A stretch of 64,000 nucleotides of DNA, from NCBI GenBank assembly GCA_001662655.1, contig KV460261.1, one strand, 5' to 3'. The notes under the pieces were generated by a model, which made no database searches, had not been told where the DNA came from, and saw only the letters and a list, made by a program, of their open reading frames with translations. This DNA comes from Pseudogymnoascus verrucosus (taxonomy: Eukaryota). Shown here piece after piece: positions 23,300-35,160 of this stretch. How positions within the stretch are numbered: position 1 is the first letter of the stretch; each line of letters begins with the position of its first letter. Position numbers and translations under genes: made by a program.

Positions 23300-25185
23300 A
23301 TGGCTACGCCTTCACCCCACAAGCCTCGACGCAAGGGGAAGAAAGCTGGCGGCGAAGTCTCCTTTGCGAGCAATGTCATCAAACACAGCGCAGGCCGAGT
23401 CAAAGACTCCACTGGAAACCTCTCGGCCTCGTCTACCGGAATAAAACCAACATATCCTCTTGCAGCTTTTATGTGGTCAGCCCGTGGAGGTGTTTCGCAA
23501 TGGACCGTACTCCCGATTGTCCTCATGGTCGTAGGAATGATCCGTTGGGCGGCCGGGCTATGGGGCTACTCGGGTATGACTTCAGCTGTAATCCCCGAGA
23601 CGAATTCATGCTAATATTCTTCCGTTTGGCAGGTTACCAGAATCCTCCCATGCATGGCGACTATGAGGCGCAGCGGCATTGGATGGAAATCACAACTCAG
23701 CTACCTATCTCTCAATGGTACTTCCATGACCTAGAATGGTGGGGGTTGGATTATCCGCCCTTGACAGCTTATCACAGTTGGGTCTTCGGGAAAATCGGGT
23801 CTTATATAGATCCCAAGTGGTTCCTCCTGCATACTTCAAGAGGGCTGGACGATGAAACGCTCAAGGTTTTCATGCGGGCCTCTGTCATCATCTCCGAATA
23901 CTTGGTCTATATCCCCGCTGCCGTTATATTCGTCAGGCGATACAGCCGCCTCCAGGGCGTTCAAACCTGGGATTCTTCTGTTGCGTTGGTTGCAATTCTC
24001 CTCCAACCAGCAACCATACTCATCGACCATGTCCATTTCCAGTATAACACTGTGATGCTCGGGTTGGTTCTAGCTTGCGCGTCGAGCATTGTGGCAGGCC
24101 GCTACATGTGGAGCTGCGTATTCTTTGTTTTTGCCCTGGGGTTCAAACAAATGGCTCTCTACTACGCACCGGCCATCTTTGCTTACCTACTAGGTGTATG
24201 CATTTTCCCAAACATCAATGTCCCTAGATTCCTCGGCATCGCATTGGTCACAGTTACTGCCTTTGCGCTCTTGCTGTTACCCATCATTGCGGGTGCAATC
24301 TATGATCAACGTCATGGCATAGATGCCATCCCCGAATTGAACGGCCATGCCCCTATCTTCCCTATTTTCTCTTCTTACACGACTTACTTGGACCCACATG
24401 CGTGGTACTTTCCTCCGGTGCATCAAGTTGCGCAGCTGGTTCACCGCGTCTTTCCCTTCGCCCGTGGTTTATTCGAGGACAAAGTTGCCAACTTCTGGTG
24501 CGCTCTCAATATTGTCTACAAGCTTAAATATCTTCCGATCGTCCAGCTGCAACGCCTTTCGCTTTTAGCGACCCTAGGGTCTATTTTCCCACCATGCGTG
24601 GCTATATTTCTGAACCCCAGAAAAGAACTGCTGCCGCTGGCATTGGCGGCGACAGCATGGGCCTTTTTCCTCTTCAGCTTCCAAGTGCATGAAAAGTCGG
24701 TATTATTGCCTCTAATGCCGATGACGCTGCTTCTCGCATCGAAAAATGGCATGCACCCGTATACACGGTCGTGGGTCGGTTTCGCAAACATTCTCGGCGC
24801 GTGGACCATGTTCCCTCTGCTTCAACGTGTTGAACTACGAATCCCATATGCAGTGTTGACATTGCTTTGGGCATACCTTCTTGGTATACCACCGGTGAGC
24901 TGGGAAGTCTACCGGAAACCCGCTTGGGGCAAGGGGCCACTAGAGCAGGGCACAGTCTTCATACACACTATCTTTTATCTTGTTATGATCCTATGGCATG
25001 GCCTAGAAGCGTTTGTGGACGCGCCGAAGGGTCTACCAGATCTGTGGGTGGTGCTTAACGTGGTGGTTGGAGCAGCAGGTTTTTCTATTTGCTATTTGTG
25101 GTGTTTGGGCGCTTTAATCCTCAACAGCCGTCTCATGGAGACCCCAAGTAGCCAAAAAGGAACCCCGAAAAAAAAGACGAAGTAA
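23300..25185 (+). CDS. ALG6: Dol-P-Glc:Man9GlcNAc2-PP-Dol alpha-1,3-glucosyltransferase (GT57). Exons 23300-23573, 23633-25185
   Basis: PPMHGDYEAQRHWMEIT, WWGLDYPPLTAYHSW, IDHVHFQYN, FPFARGLFEDKVANFWC, FSFQVHEKS; C-terminal KKKTK ER retrieval signal. Confidence 0.96.
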
Positions 25186-25666
25186 TGGAGTCCAAAAAAG
25201 GACCATCCATAGAGGAAGAGACCGTGATACCCACAGATCATTTCAGGGCCTGATTAATAGCTCAGTTATGTAAATTATATAACAGAATTGTACAACATAA
25301 AGTCTACTTGGAATATTGTGCATCTTTTTCTTATTACTTCCGTTTGAAGCACTGAAGGGGCAGGTGGTGTTGCTTGGTAATCTCACTCGGCGCCAAAGAT
25401 GTAGAGTGGAGTCACTTTCGGAGCCGGAGGAACGTCCCCATGCTCCAGGCAGACGGGAATGAGAGTTGATAAGAAAGGCAAACCTTACACGGCAGGTTTC
25501 CAGTATTCTTCATCACATCCAAGGCAGAGACATAGTTCATATTATGTCCAGTCTAAAGATCAATCCCTCTGACAAATCCTATAGATAGAGTACTTCGCTG
25601 TCTGGAAGTGCATCTTCCATATCATCCACCAGCCTTACGAATATATCGTGCCTATTACCTACCACA

Positions 25667-26488
25667 ATGGCTTCTTCAAATCAACCAACGCACACTCTCA
25701 ACAAAACGTTTCCCCTTTTCCCCCGTCTTCCGATCGAAATCCGCCTTAGCATCTGGCACCTTACTCTTACTCCCAGAGTGATTGAGCTGCAGCTCTCGTC
25801 ACTCACATCCAACGACCTGTACGCAACCTCAGACCTGTTATACAAGACCCCTCTCACGCGCCCGCGGCTTCACCCCCTTTTTCATATTAACCGCGAGACG
25901 CGGTCTGAAGCCTTCGCCATCTATCGGCCTCTGTCGCCTCAACCAAACGGCGTGTTTATGTCCTCTCATGAGCACCCCTTCGATCTGACTTCGCACTCAC
26001 TCGATACCTATGTATTCCTTTTGCCACTGTATTATCTCCAGCAACAGCAATCAGATCCAGCCGTGATGTTTTCTGCGAATGCTGCGCTAGCTATTGGACT
26101 TACACGGGAATTCGTTTTGGACCGACTTGCTTCGGCAAATGACGGACTTGACGTTTCTAAGATCGAGTCTATGGGCATTATGTGGAGCGATATGCACATT
26201 AAAGATCCATCGACGCTTATAAAAGCATTACAACCATTTAAAAGTTTGAGGCAGCTGTTTATTTGTTTTGTGGAACAGACAGTCGAGGGCGAGTTGTTTA
26301 AGAAGGGGAACAGAATTGGTGGCTTGATGATGTCGCTGGTTCATAGAGAAGGGTCACAGATCCGGAGTAGGTTTTTGTTCAGAATCTTGGACGAATATGA
26401 AGAGCTCGCCAAACGGATGAACGTGGCCTTGGCTGAGGCTGGAATATCAACGGAGTTAGGGATTAGAATGGTGAGACTTGAGACATGA
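25667..26488 (+). CDS. 2EXR-domain (F-box-like) hypothetical protein
   Basis: FPLFPRLPIEIRLSIW...PRVIE...PLFHINRETRSEA is the 2EXR pattern; intronless; CACA-ATG start context. Confidence 0.85.
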   Translation: MASSNQPTHTLNKTFPLFPRLPIEIRLSIWHLTLTPRVIELQLSSLTSNDLYATSDLLYKTPLTRPRLHPLFHINRETRSEAFAIYRPLSPQPNGVFMSSHEHPFDLTSHSLDTYVFLLPLYYLQQQQSDPAVMFSANAALAIGLTREFVLDRLASANDGLDVSKIESMGIMWSDMHIKDPSTLIKALQPFKSLRQLFICFVEQTVEGELFKKGNRIGGLMMSLVHREGSQIRSRFLFRILDEYEELAKRMNVALAEAGISTELGIRMVRLET

Positions 26489-27175
26489 ATCCAACATATC
26501 TCATGGGCTTTATTATTCCGACATGAAGATTGTAAAGACCATATCGATGCACAGTTGCTTTGGCCTAATTTCATGAGGACAGTCACCTAGAGCAATCCGT
26601 CAATCTATGAGAAGCTTGATGCTTCTCATTTCATGGCAATATATCACCAGCACGTGATGTTCCAATGGTTGATGGGAGACCAACCATTGACTTATCACAA
26701 GTATGAACGCTCTGATAGATACATATTTCCCACGCAACTACAACTAACATGCCACGCTCTCTGCATGATAGGGCCGTCGAGCCTTAATTATTATATCATC
26801 CTCTTAGTGGTAACTGGGGTCGGCCCGCTCCAAGACACAGCGAACGTGGGGTAACATGGGGGTACACGGTGATAGCGCGGGGTAATCGAGTACATGTTGC
26901 TCGCGTTTATCAATCATCCAGCCATACATACTTGCTGCCTTCTATCCCAAGATGCGTCGTCATCTGTCAGCTGGTACTCCCGTACATAACCCCCAAACCG
27001 ATATCGCAAGCTGTCGCGGGGAAGTAGCAATACAAAGGAAACCGTGGAAGTCTCACATCCCCGCTCCTTCTCTTTATATTCCGTATCTCAAGAGATAAAC
27101 TCTTACTCACAGAAGAGCCATTCTGCAATTCCCCCAAAATCCTATAGATTATTTTTTGATTGTATTCCCAGCATC

Positions 27176-28888
27176 ATGACTGCGGTACCTGAAAATGATT
27201 TGGCCCCAATTGCGGTCCGCCCAAAAGTGCTTATACCAGAAAAGGTATCACCAGACGGCCTCGCCATTCTCCAGGGCTCACTCGATATCGACCAGCGCTC
27301 TGGTCTAAGTGCCGATGAATTAAAAGCTATCATCCCAGACTACGATGCATTGATCATCCGCTCGGAGACCAAGGTCACGGCGGAGCTTCTCTCGGCTGCT
27401 ACGAAGCTGAAGGTGGTTGCTCGAGCTGGCGTGGGAGTTGACAATGTTGACGTCGCAGCTGCCACCGACCTCGGTGTTATTGTTGTAAACTCGCCCAGTG
27501 GAAATATTGTGGCCGCCGCGGAGCACACAATTGCATTGCTTCTGGCCACAGCTAGGAATATACCTGCCGGGTCTGCGAGCCTCTCAGAAGGAAAATGGAT
27601 ACGAAGTAAACTCGTCGGAGTGGAAGTCAGTAGCAAGACGCTGGGTATAATTGGCCTGGGCAAAGTCGGACTCAAGGTGGCACGTATGGCTGTCGGATTG
27701 GGCATGACAGTCGTTGCCTTGGACCCTTACGCCAGTCCTGAGATTGCGGCTGCAAACTCAGTATCCATGGTCTCTGACTTACAAGTGCTCCTTCCTCTAG
27801 TCGATTTTTTAACAATCCATACACCCTTGGTGGCCAGCACGATGGATCTGATAAGCACAGAAGAATTAAAGAAAATGAAGAAGACTGCAAGAGTCCTGAA
27901 TGTTGCGAGGGGAGGCGTATTTAACGAAGAAGCTCTCTTGGAAGCACTAGAATCTGGGACAATTGCAGGTGCTGGCTTGGACGTTTTCACATCTGAGCCA
28001 CCGGCGCCAGGATCGGCAGCCCAAAAGCTTAGCAGACACCCAAAGGTCGTGGCTACCCCACATTTGGGAGCGAGCACGGTAGAAGCCCAGGAAAATGTCA
28101 GTCTGGATGTTTGTGCTCAAGTCCTCACAATTCTCTCCGGAGGCCTCCCGACATCAGCTGTGAACGCCCCTTTGATTCTACCCGAGGAATACAAGAAACT
28201 ACAGCCGTTTGTCCGGCTTGTTGAAAGTCTGGGGAGTTTCTACACTCAGCACTTCGGCTCTCGTGGAGCTGCCACCGGTGGCAAGACCTTTGACCTAATT
28301 TACGAGGGAGAATTGGCTTCTATATCAAATACTCGACCCCTGTTCGCTGCCCTCGTCAAGGGGCTAACATCTTCTATCTCCGACTCAGGTGGCCGTGATG
28401 TCAACATTGTCAACGCCTCGTTGATTGCCAAGCAAAAGGGGATTGTTATCAACGAAAGTCATCGTCGAGAATCCAGTAGCCTGACATATGCCAGTCTGGT
28501 CACCTTGCGATCATCGAATTCCGATGGGACAGGAGAGCAAATGATCTCGGGATACGTGTCAGGAAACTCGATTTTCATCTCGAAACTTGACAGGTTCACG
28601 ACCAGTTTTATTCCAGAAGGCACCTTGATTATTTGCCACAACTATGATTCGCCGGGCATGATCGGGCACGTGGGTGGTATTCTCGGCAGCCGCGATATCA
28701 ATATCAGGTTTATGAGCGTGGCGGCCCTAGACGGTCCAGGCAATACTGCTCCAGGCCAGAACACAAACGGTAAAATACAAAAGGAGGCGCTGATGATTCT
28801 AGGAGTCGATGGCATTGTCGGGAAAGACAATATCGCTGAGCTCGTGGCTCAGGAGGGCATACTGGATGTGTCAGTGGTGACGATTTAA
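27176..28888 (+). CDS. D-3-phosphoglycerate dehydrogenase, long type-I architecture (catalytic + ASB + ACT)
   Basis: IIRSETKV, VARAGVGVDNVD, GIIGLGKVG Rossmann motif, NVARGG, TPHLGASTVEAQ; ASB-like VNIVNASLIAKQKGI; ACT NYDSPGMIGHVGGILG...INI. Confidence 0.93.
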   Translation: MTAVPENDLAPIAVRPKVLIPEKVSPDGLAILQGSLDIDQRSGLSADELKAIIPDYDALIIRSETKVTAELLSAATKLKVVARAGVGVDNVDVAAATDLGVIVVNSPSGNIVAAAEHTIALLLATARNIPAGSASLSEGKWIRSKLVGVEVSSKTLGIIGLGKVGLKVARMAVGLGMTVVALDPYASPEIAAANSVSMVSDLQVLLPLVDFLTIHTPLVASTMDLISTEELKKMKKTARVLNVARGGVFNEEALLEALESGTIAGAGLDVFTSEPPAPGSAAQKLSRHPKVVATPHLGASTVEAQENVSLDVCAQVLTILSGGLPTSAVNAPLILPEEYKKLQPFVRLVESLGSFYTQHFGSRGAATGGKTFDLIYEGELASISNTRPLFAALVKGLTSSISDSGGRDVNIVNASLIAKQKGIVINESHRRESSSLTYASLVTLRSSNSDGTGEQMISGYVSGNSIFISKLDRFTTSFIPEGTLIICHNYDSPGMIGHVGGILGSRDINIRFMSVAALDGPGNTAPGQNTNGKIQKEALMILGVDGIVGKDNIAELVAQEGILDVSVVTI

Positions 28889-29469
28889 GGCCTTCGACTT
28901 GTTGACACTAGCTCTATGAAAACACGCACTATTCCAGAAATATAAAGAGCACAACAGATAAGCAAGTGATTATGCACACTAGGGAGGCCATACAAGCTTT
29001 TGTTGCCTCATCTACTGTATACATCTCCACAGCGTGCCATGATATGAGACTGCCAAGATACGTATCGGCGATCTCAAGACATCTGCCGGGCCGTAGGAAC
29101 CGTATCCCCGCATTTTCCTTCAATTGTATGAGAACCCCACCAACGCATGGTCAGTTAATATACTTGTGGCCGCTGGTTACGTGCCACGTGAAGGAAATAG
29201 AGTAAACCTCGTGCATTGCCCTCGCGGCTCAAGATGACGGAGGATATTTCCCCGCGTTCTAATACAGCTTGGAACCAAGTAGATCTATTATTTTATTTAT
29301 CTGTTCAAAACACACCACTGATGAGAATATCCGAATATATTGCAGAATGCAGCGCTACGGAAGAACTATGAGAGTGTTTTTCGTCGACTACATATAGGGC
29401 AGATGGCCCTCGGGGAGGTAGAAGTCTTGGCCCATAAAGTCTAATAACGCGATTATCATAAGCTTAAAA

Positions 29470-30252
29470 ATGGTTGCTATTAAGCCCCTCTTTGCCTTGA
29501 GCCTTCTGGCTGGGCTCATAGCCCCCGCACTCTCAGCGGCAGTCAGGATCAACGCCCTTGGTGACAGCATTACTGGATCACCTGTACGACTCTTCCATTT
29601 TCTCCTGTCAGCAGTTTGATGTCTATGGACTGACATCTGAGTAATCTAGGGCTGTTGGAGAGCACTTCTCTACCAAAAGCTAGTGCAGGCTGGCGTCACC
29701 AACATTGATTTTGTCGGGACCCTTCCTGGCCAAGGCTGCGGTATCGCGTATGACGGCGAGAACGACGGCCACGGAGGCTTCCTTGCCACTGGCATCGTTG
29801 CAAACAACCAGCTTCCGGGATGGCTCGCAGTTTCTAAGCCTGACGTTGTGATGATGCAGCTTGCCACGAACGATGTCTGGAACAACATTGCTACAGCCAC
29901 CATCCTGAACGCATTCTCCACGCTCGTCGATCAGATGCGTGCCTCCAAGAGCACCATGCACATTGTTGTTGCTCAAATCACACCTATGAACCCCACCGGC
30001 GGCTGCGCGACTTGTTCAGCAGGTATCATAGCCCTCAACAGTGCTATTCCAGCGTGGGCTGCGGCGAAGAGCACAACCAAGAGCCCAATCACCGTGGTAG
30101 ATTGCTACACTGGGTACAACACCGCCACGGATACCTACGATGGAGTGCATCCAAATGATAACGGGAACGTGAAGCTTGCAAATGCGTGGTTCAAGCCACT
30201 TCAGGCTGCAATTTCGGCTGCGAGCTCTGGGTCAAAGGCAACAATCGCATAG
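29470..30252 (+). CDS. Secreted SGNH/GDSL hydrolase (CE3 acetylxylan esterase-like). Exons 29470-29583, 29650-30252
   Basis: Signal peptide; ALGDSITGSPGCWRALL block I; LATND block III; DGVHPN block V. Confidence 0.92.
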
Positions 30253-31235
30253 GAGGTCAAGGATGGGCTGGAAGGTACCATCCGTGCTTTGGGAAGTTGC
30301 AAATCCAGCAGGAGCGATTGGCATATCCAGTGTTTGTAGGCAGATGGGCTTCGTAGCAGGCCTATACTGTGCTGTACATACGTGAGCGATTATCAGAACA
30401 GCATGTAAATAGGAAATTTCGGGGCAGATTGTACATAGGGAAATCCTTTGGAAGCAAAGAATCTAGACCGGACGTGTCAGAGCCGTTACATGCAGTATTT
30501 TGATACTACTTGAACAGGGACTCTTGCTGGTGGGCATTTTTAGGGGTCCTAAGAAGACTAGTATTTTATTCTTGACATACCCCTGCAATGAAGGTATAGT
30601 GGACACATGGGCAACGTATATACAACGGTGGTATACCACGACGAAGTTTGATACAAGTGACGGAAGGAGTCTCAAAGGGCTTGTTTGAATTGCCTAAACA
30701 AGTAATCTAGACTATAAAGAAAGAAAGTCCAATGGAAGCCATTGAAGGGAAATATTGATTAGTCATCTGGCAACCGTTGCTTCTAGCGTCGTCATCCAGG
30801 TGTGTGACGCGTTGTCGAGGATATCACATAGAACTTGAATGGCCATGTCGCTTAGACAGCCAATAAGCGTGTTCAGCCTCTTCGAAATCCCGCAGCCATG
30901 TCCATCCGCCTATCGACATCTAGGCCTGTTCAGGGTGCAAACAGCAAAGAGTTCCTGTCCCAAAGCAGAAGTTCATAGGCTATCATAGTCTCCAATCCCA
31001 CGATCCTGTCCACGTCCACAGCCTGCTACTCCAACTGCGTCGCTGTTCTTCCCCCGAAAGCCACAAGTGGCAATTCCAGCATCCGGCTACATTGCGACCC
31101 GACGTTGTCACAACCAGCATCCGGCTAGCTATTAGCTGTAGGCTGCATCGCCTGGTCTACGTATGGACTTACCTTGACGGTCGATTTGCTATTGCCGTCG
31201 TGCGCTGCTCGTAGGCGTTAGCCCCGCATCGCAAG

Positions 31236-34200
31236 ATGGGATTCCTTGGAATATACAAAGCCATATACGACTACACTCCTCAGGGCGAAGGCGAGCTTAC
31301 TATATCTGAGGGCGATGTCCTGTATGTGCTTGAGAAGAGCACTGAGGATGATTGGTGGAAGGCGAAAAGGAAGGCTACGACCGAGGAGGATGATGAGCCG
31401 GTTGGACTAATACCGAGCAATTACATTGAAGAGGTATGAACGAACCCTTTCCACCGTATCCGTGCCCCTCTCAATGGCAGTCCGCGGAAAGGCATGGCCG
31501 ACTTCTTTGCTCGTCTTGCTGGGACTGGATTACAGCCAACTAACTCATCAACACTAGGTCAAACCAACACAGCAAGCTCGAGCTCTGTTCGACTATACGA
31601 GACAAACCGACGAAGAGCTATCATTCAAGGAAGAATCGCACCTTCAAGTGTTTGACACCTCGGACCCGGATTGGATTTTGGTTGGACTTGATGGTGATTA
31701 TGGATTTGCACCTTCCAATTACATCGAAGTTGAAGAGGAAGCCCCTCCGACACCTGCGAGGCCCGTTCCTGCGCAGAGACAACCAAGCGAGGAATCGGAA
31801 GATTTCAATGCGCCAGAGCCAGAAGCTGCGGCGACTCCAGCGTCTGCCCTAGCCGGGGTGCTTCAAGGTAGACAGCAGGCGGCGGAACCACCAAGACAAC
31901 TCCCGCCGCGACCACAATTGACCCCTGAATCATCTGATGGGGAAGAGGCACCCACTCCTTCTCTCCCAGCTCGGCCTCAATCCCAGACGATACAATCCCC
32001 TCGATCTCCACCGCCTGCCGGCCCGATTATATCTCCTCCTCATAACCGCGTCTCGTTCGCTACTGGCGATCACCCCGATAATGATAACTACGCACCTCGA
32101 ACATCGGGTGGCTTCCACCTTTATAATATTAACGAAATGGTATCGGTTATGGGCAAGCGAAAGAAGATGCCAACTACTCTTGGAATCAACCTGGCGACCG
32201 GCATTATAACCATTGCACCCGAGAAGACACGGGATGGACCCCAACAGGAGTGGACTGCGGACAAGATGACACATTATTCGATTGAGGGCAAGCATGTCTT
32301 TCTTGAATTAGTAAAACCGAGCAAAAGCATAGACTTTCACGCCGGAGCTAAAGATACTGCCCAGGAGATTGTCTTTTCTCTTGGCGAGATGTCTGGTGCC
32401 GTCAGAGCTGAAGGCCTGAGAGAAGTGTTGTCAGCCGCCACTGGCCAGGAGAAGAAGAAAGGGCAAATCTTGTATGACTTCATGGCTCAGGGTGATGACG
32501 AGGTAACCGTGGCTGTCGGAGACGAAGTGATTATTCTGGATGACTCGAAGAGCGACGAATGGTGGCAAGTGAGGCGACTCAAGAATGGCAAGCAGGGCGT
32601 TGTCCCCAGTAGCTACGTCGAAATTACCGGTACTATGGCGGTTCCAGACAGCCATAAAGGGGTTAATGCAGGAATGTCGTCAGTCGAACAAAACAGGCTC
32701 GAGGAGCAAAAGCTTGCCAAGGAAGCGCTAAAGGCAGGCCGTGGAGATGGGGATAGAGCGCCAGAGGTAGGCCCTGGAATGATTTTGCCTCCGAGAGGCA
32801 GTAGTTTGCATGCCCCAATCAATAATAACCGTGCCGATGAACAGAGGAGTAGGCGCGAATCGAGACAACCCGAGTCTGGAAGTTCACGAGGCCCCAAAGC
32901 TAGTAAGTAAACTACCAATACTACACCGAAAATATGGTCTAACGCGTATAGAACCGGATCCATCGAAAGTTCGCACATGGACCGACCGATCAAAGTCGTT
33001 CAGTGTTGAAGCCCAATTTCTCGCCCTGAAAGATGGCAAGATCAACCTGCATAAGATGAATGGCGTTAAGATTGCCGTACCAGTTTCTAAGATGTCTATC
33101 GAAGATCTCGAATACGTCGAGAATATGACTGGCGTATCCCTTGACGAAGATAAGCCATTATCGGAGTATAAGAAATCGAAAGCTAGAGAGTCTAAAGCAG
33201 GCGCAAGCATTGAAAAGAAGCCGGACCATGATTGGTTTAACTTTTTCTTGTCGTGTGATATCGGAGTTGGCCTTTGCGAACGTTACTCTCAAGTGTTCAA
33301 CAGGGATAACATGGATGAGAGCGTGCTTCCCGACGTTGATGCAACAGTCTTGAGGAACCTGGGGCTACGCGAAGGAGATATCCTCAAGATCATGAGACAC
33401 CTAGATACCAAGTATAACCGGAAGGGCAAGAAGGGATCCGATGAGGCGGAAGGCGAAGGCGGTCTATTCTCTGGCGCTGGGGGCGCTTTGAGGAACAACA
33501 CCCGGAAAGGGCGACCAGCACCAACAACCCAAACTAGTGATACCGTGGATCCAAAGGCGTTTTCCCAGCAGAACTCTGGAGAACCACAAACGAAGACACT
33601 GGCAGAGTCTGTTCCCACCCCGATTGCATCAGCACCTGCCCCAGTTTCGAAGTCAGCATCTGGTGGCTTCGACGATGATGCTTGGGATGTCAAACCTGCG
33701 AAACAAGCACAGCCGCAGCCACAACAAACTGCCCCTACCCCAGTGCAGCCGCCTCCACCAACCTTAACTGGTTCTATGCAAGAGCTCTCTCTATTGTCGC
33801 AGCCGCTACAGCCTACAAAGGTGGAACCTGTAACACCACAGCCCCCTCAGCAACAAGCACAAGCCCAGCAGCAACTTCCGCAACCTACTGGCGCGAGTCC
33901 GTCATTCTTCACAAATCTCCCACAGCCCGGAACTACGCAACAGCAACAGGGTTTCCAGCCTCAGCAAAATATTGCCCGCCAGCGTCCAGCTGCACCGCAA
34001 TTTTCTGGTGGTCAAGGCTCTTTAATGCCGCCGCCTCCAGCGCGACCCCTGTCGGCACCACAAACGGCCCAACAGAGTGCATTCGGCCCTCCACCTCCTT
34101 TGCAGCCACAGATGACTGGTATCCCTAATCAACCAACGGGCTACCAGTCTATTGCACCTCCAGGGCAAAGTCTAGCTGAGATGAACCAAATGAGAATGCT

Positions 34201-34793
34201 GCAGCAGCAACAGCAACTGCAGCAGCAATATAACCAGCAACAGATGCCGTTCCAGCCCCAAATGACTGGCTTCCCTAACCAGCAAAACATGATGATGCCT
34301 CAGCCAACCGGTTTCCAGCCAAACCAGCACTTCATGCAGAGCCAGCCCTCGGCGGGCCCATTTGCTGACCCACGAGGAGTTCAGCCATTCTCGCCTATCC
34401 AGAGCCAGCCAACCGGATTCCAAAGCCCATTCAACCCGCAGCAACAATACCCCCAGCAGACTGGTGTTAACAACTACCTCCCACCTGCATTGCAGCCCCA
34501 GAAAACTGGCCCGATGTTCTCTCAGCCAACTGGTATGAACAATTTCGGACAGGGACCTGTTCCCCCACTTCCACCTATGCCTCAGCAGGCTCCTGCGCCG
34601 CTACTTCCTCAGAAGACTGGACCTCCCCCACCAGTACGCTTCGGCGTGAAGCCCGACGCGAAGAAGCTCGCTCCCCAGCCAACAGGCAAGAGAGCCAACC
34701 TTGCAGCAGCTAGTAAGTTTATCATTTCCGTGAAAACCTGTGTGAATTGCTTACTGACTCCTCGCAGCTCCCGACAATCCCTTTGGTTTCTAG
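31236..34793 (+). CDS. SLA1: Endocytic adaptor Sla1. Exons 31236-31433, 31558-32902, 32952-34712, 34768-34793
   Basis: Three SH3 domains (AIYDY, ALFDY, ILYDF), SHD1 (RTWTDRSKSFSVEAQF), SAM-like SHD2 (LGLREGDILKIM), QxTG repeats, C-terminal TPDNPFGF. Confidence 0.96.
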
Positions 34794-35160
34794 TCAATTA
34801 TAGCCTTGGTTGTGCATTTATTTTCGCGTAGCGTCGTTTTCGTATTATATTGTATATACAACTTATACATACGGCAGCATTGCGATTGGAGGCCTTCTGT
34901 GCACTGCGAAGCATCGGGTACGGTGCTTTGTATTTTTTGCGAGTTATCACGAGACGGGGGCGTTTTGAGACTTTTGCGCCTTTTACGTTCAGATTTCCAA
35001 GACAGATAGCAAACGAGGGAAGATAATGCTCTTTTGATATTTGGAGCACCGTCTCCTGAAACCACTACATCTTCTTTTGACGAGCGGAGTAAGCACATAC
35101 GCTATACATATACCCAAAATAATCCAACCCTTTCCCATGTCCCCCATATGCTTGCCCTAT

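Noticed and set aside
22993..23632. N-terminal 213 aa of the 730-aa ORF in the track
   Set aside because: Read-through of promoter and intron. The real ALG6 exon 1 is in another frame from ATG 23300.
28886..28960. Cryptic peroxisomal targeting by stop readthrough of the dehydrogenase
   Set aside because: The stop is TAA-G, not TGA-CTA, and the extension does not end in an SKL-like tripeptide.
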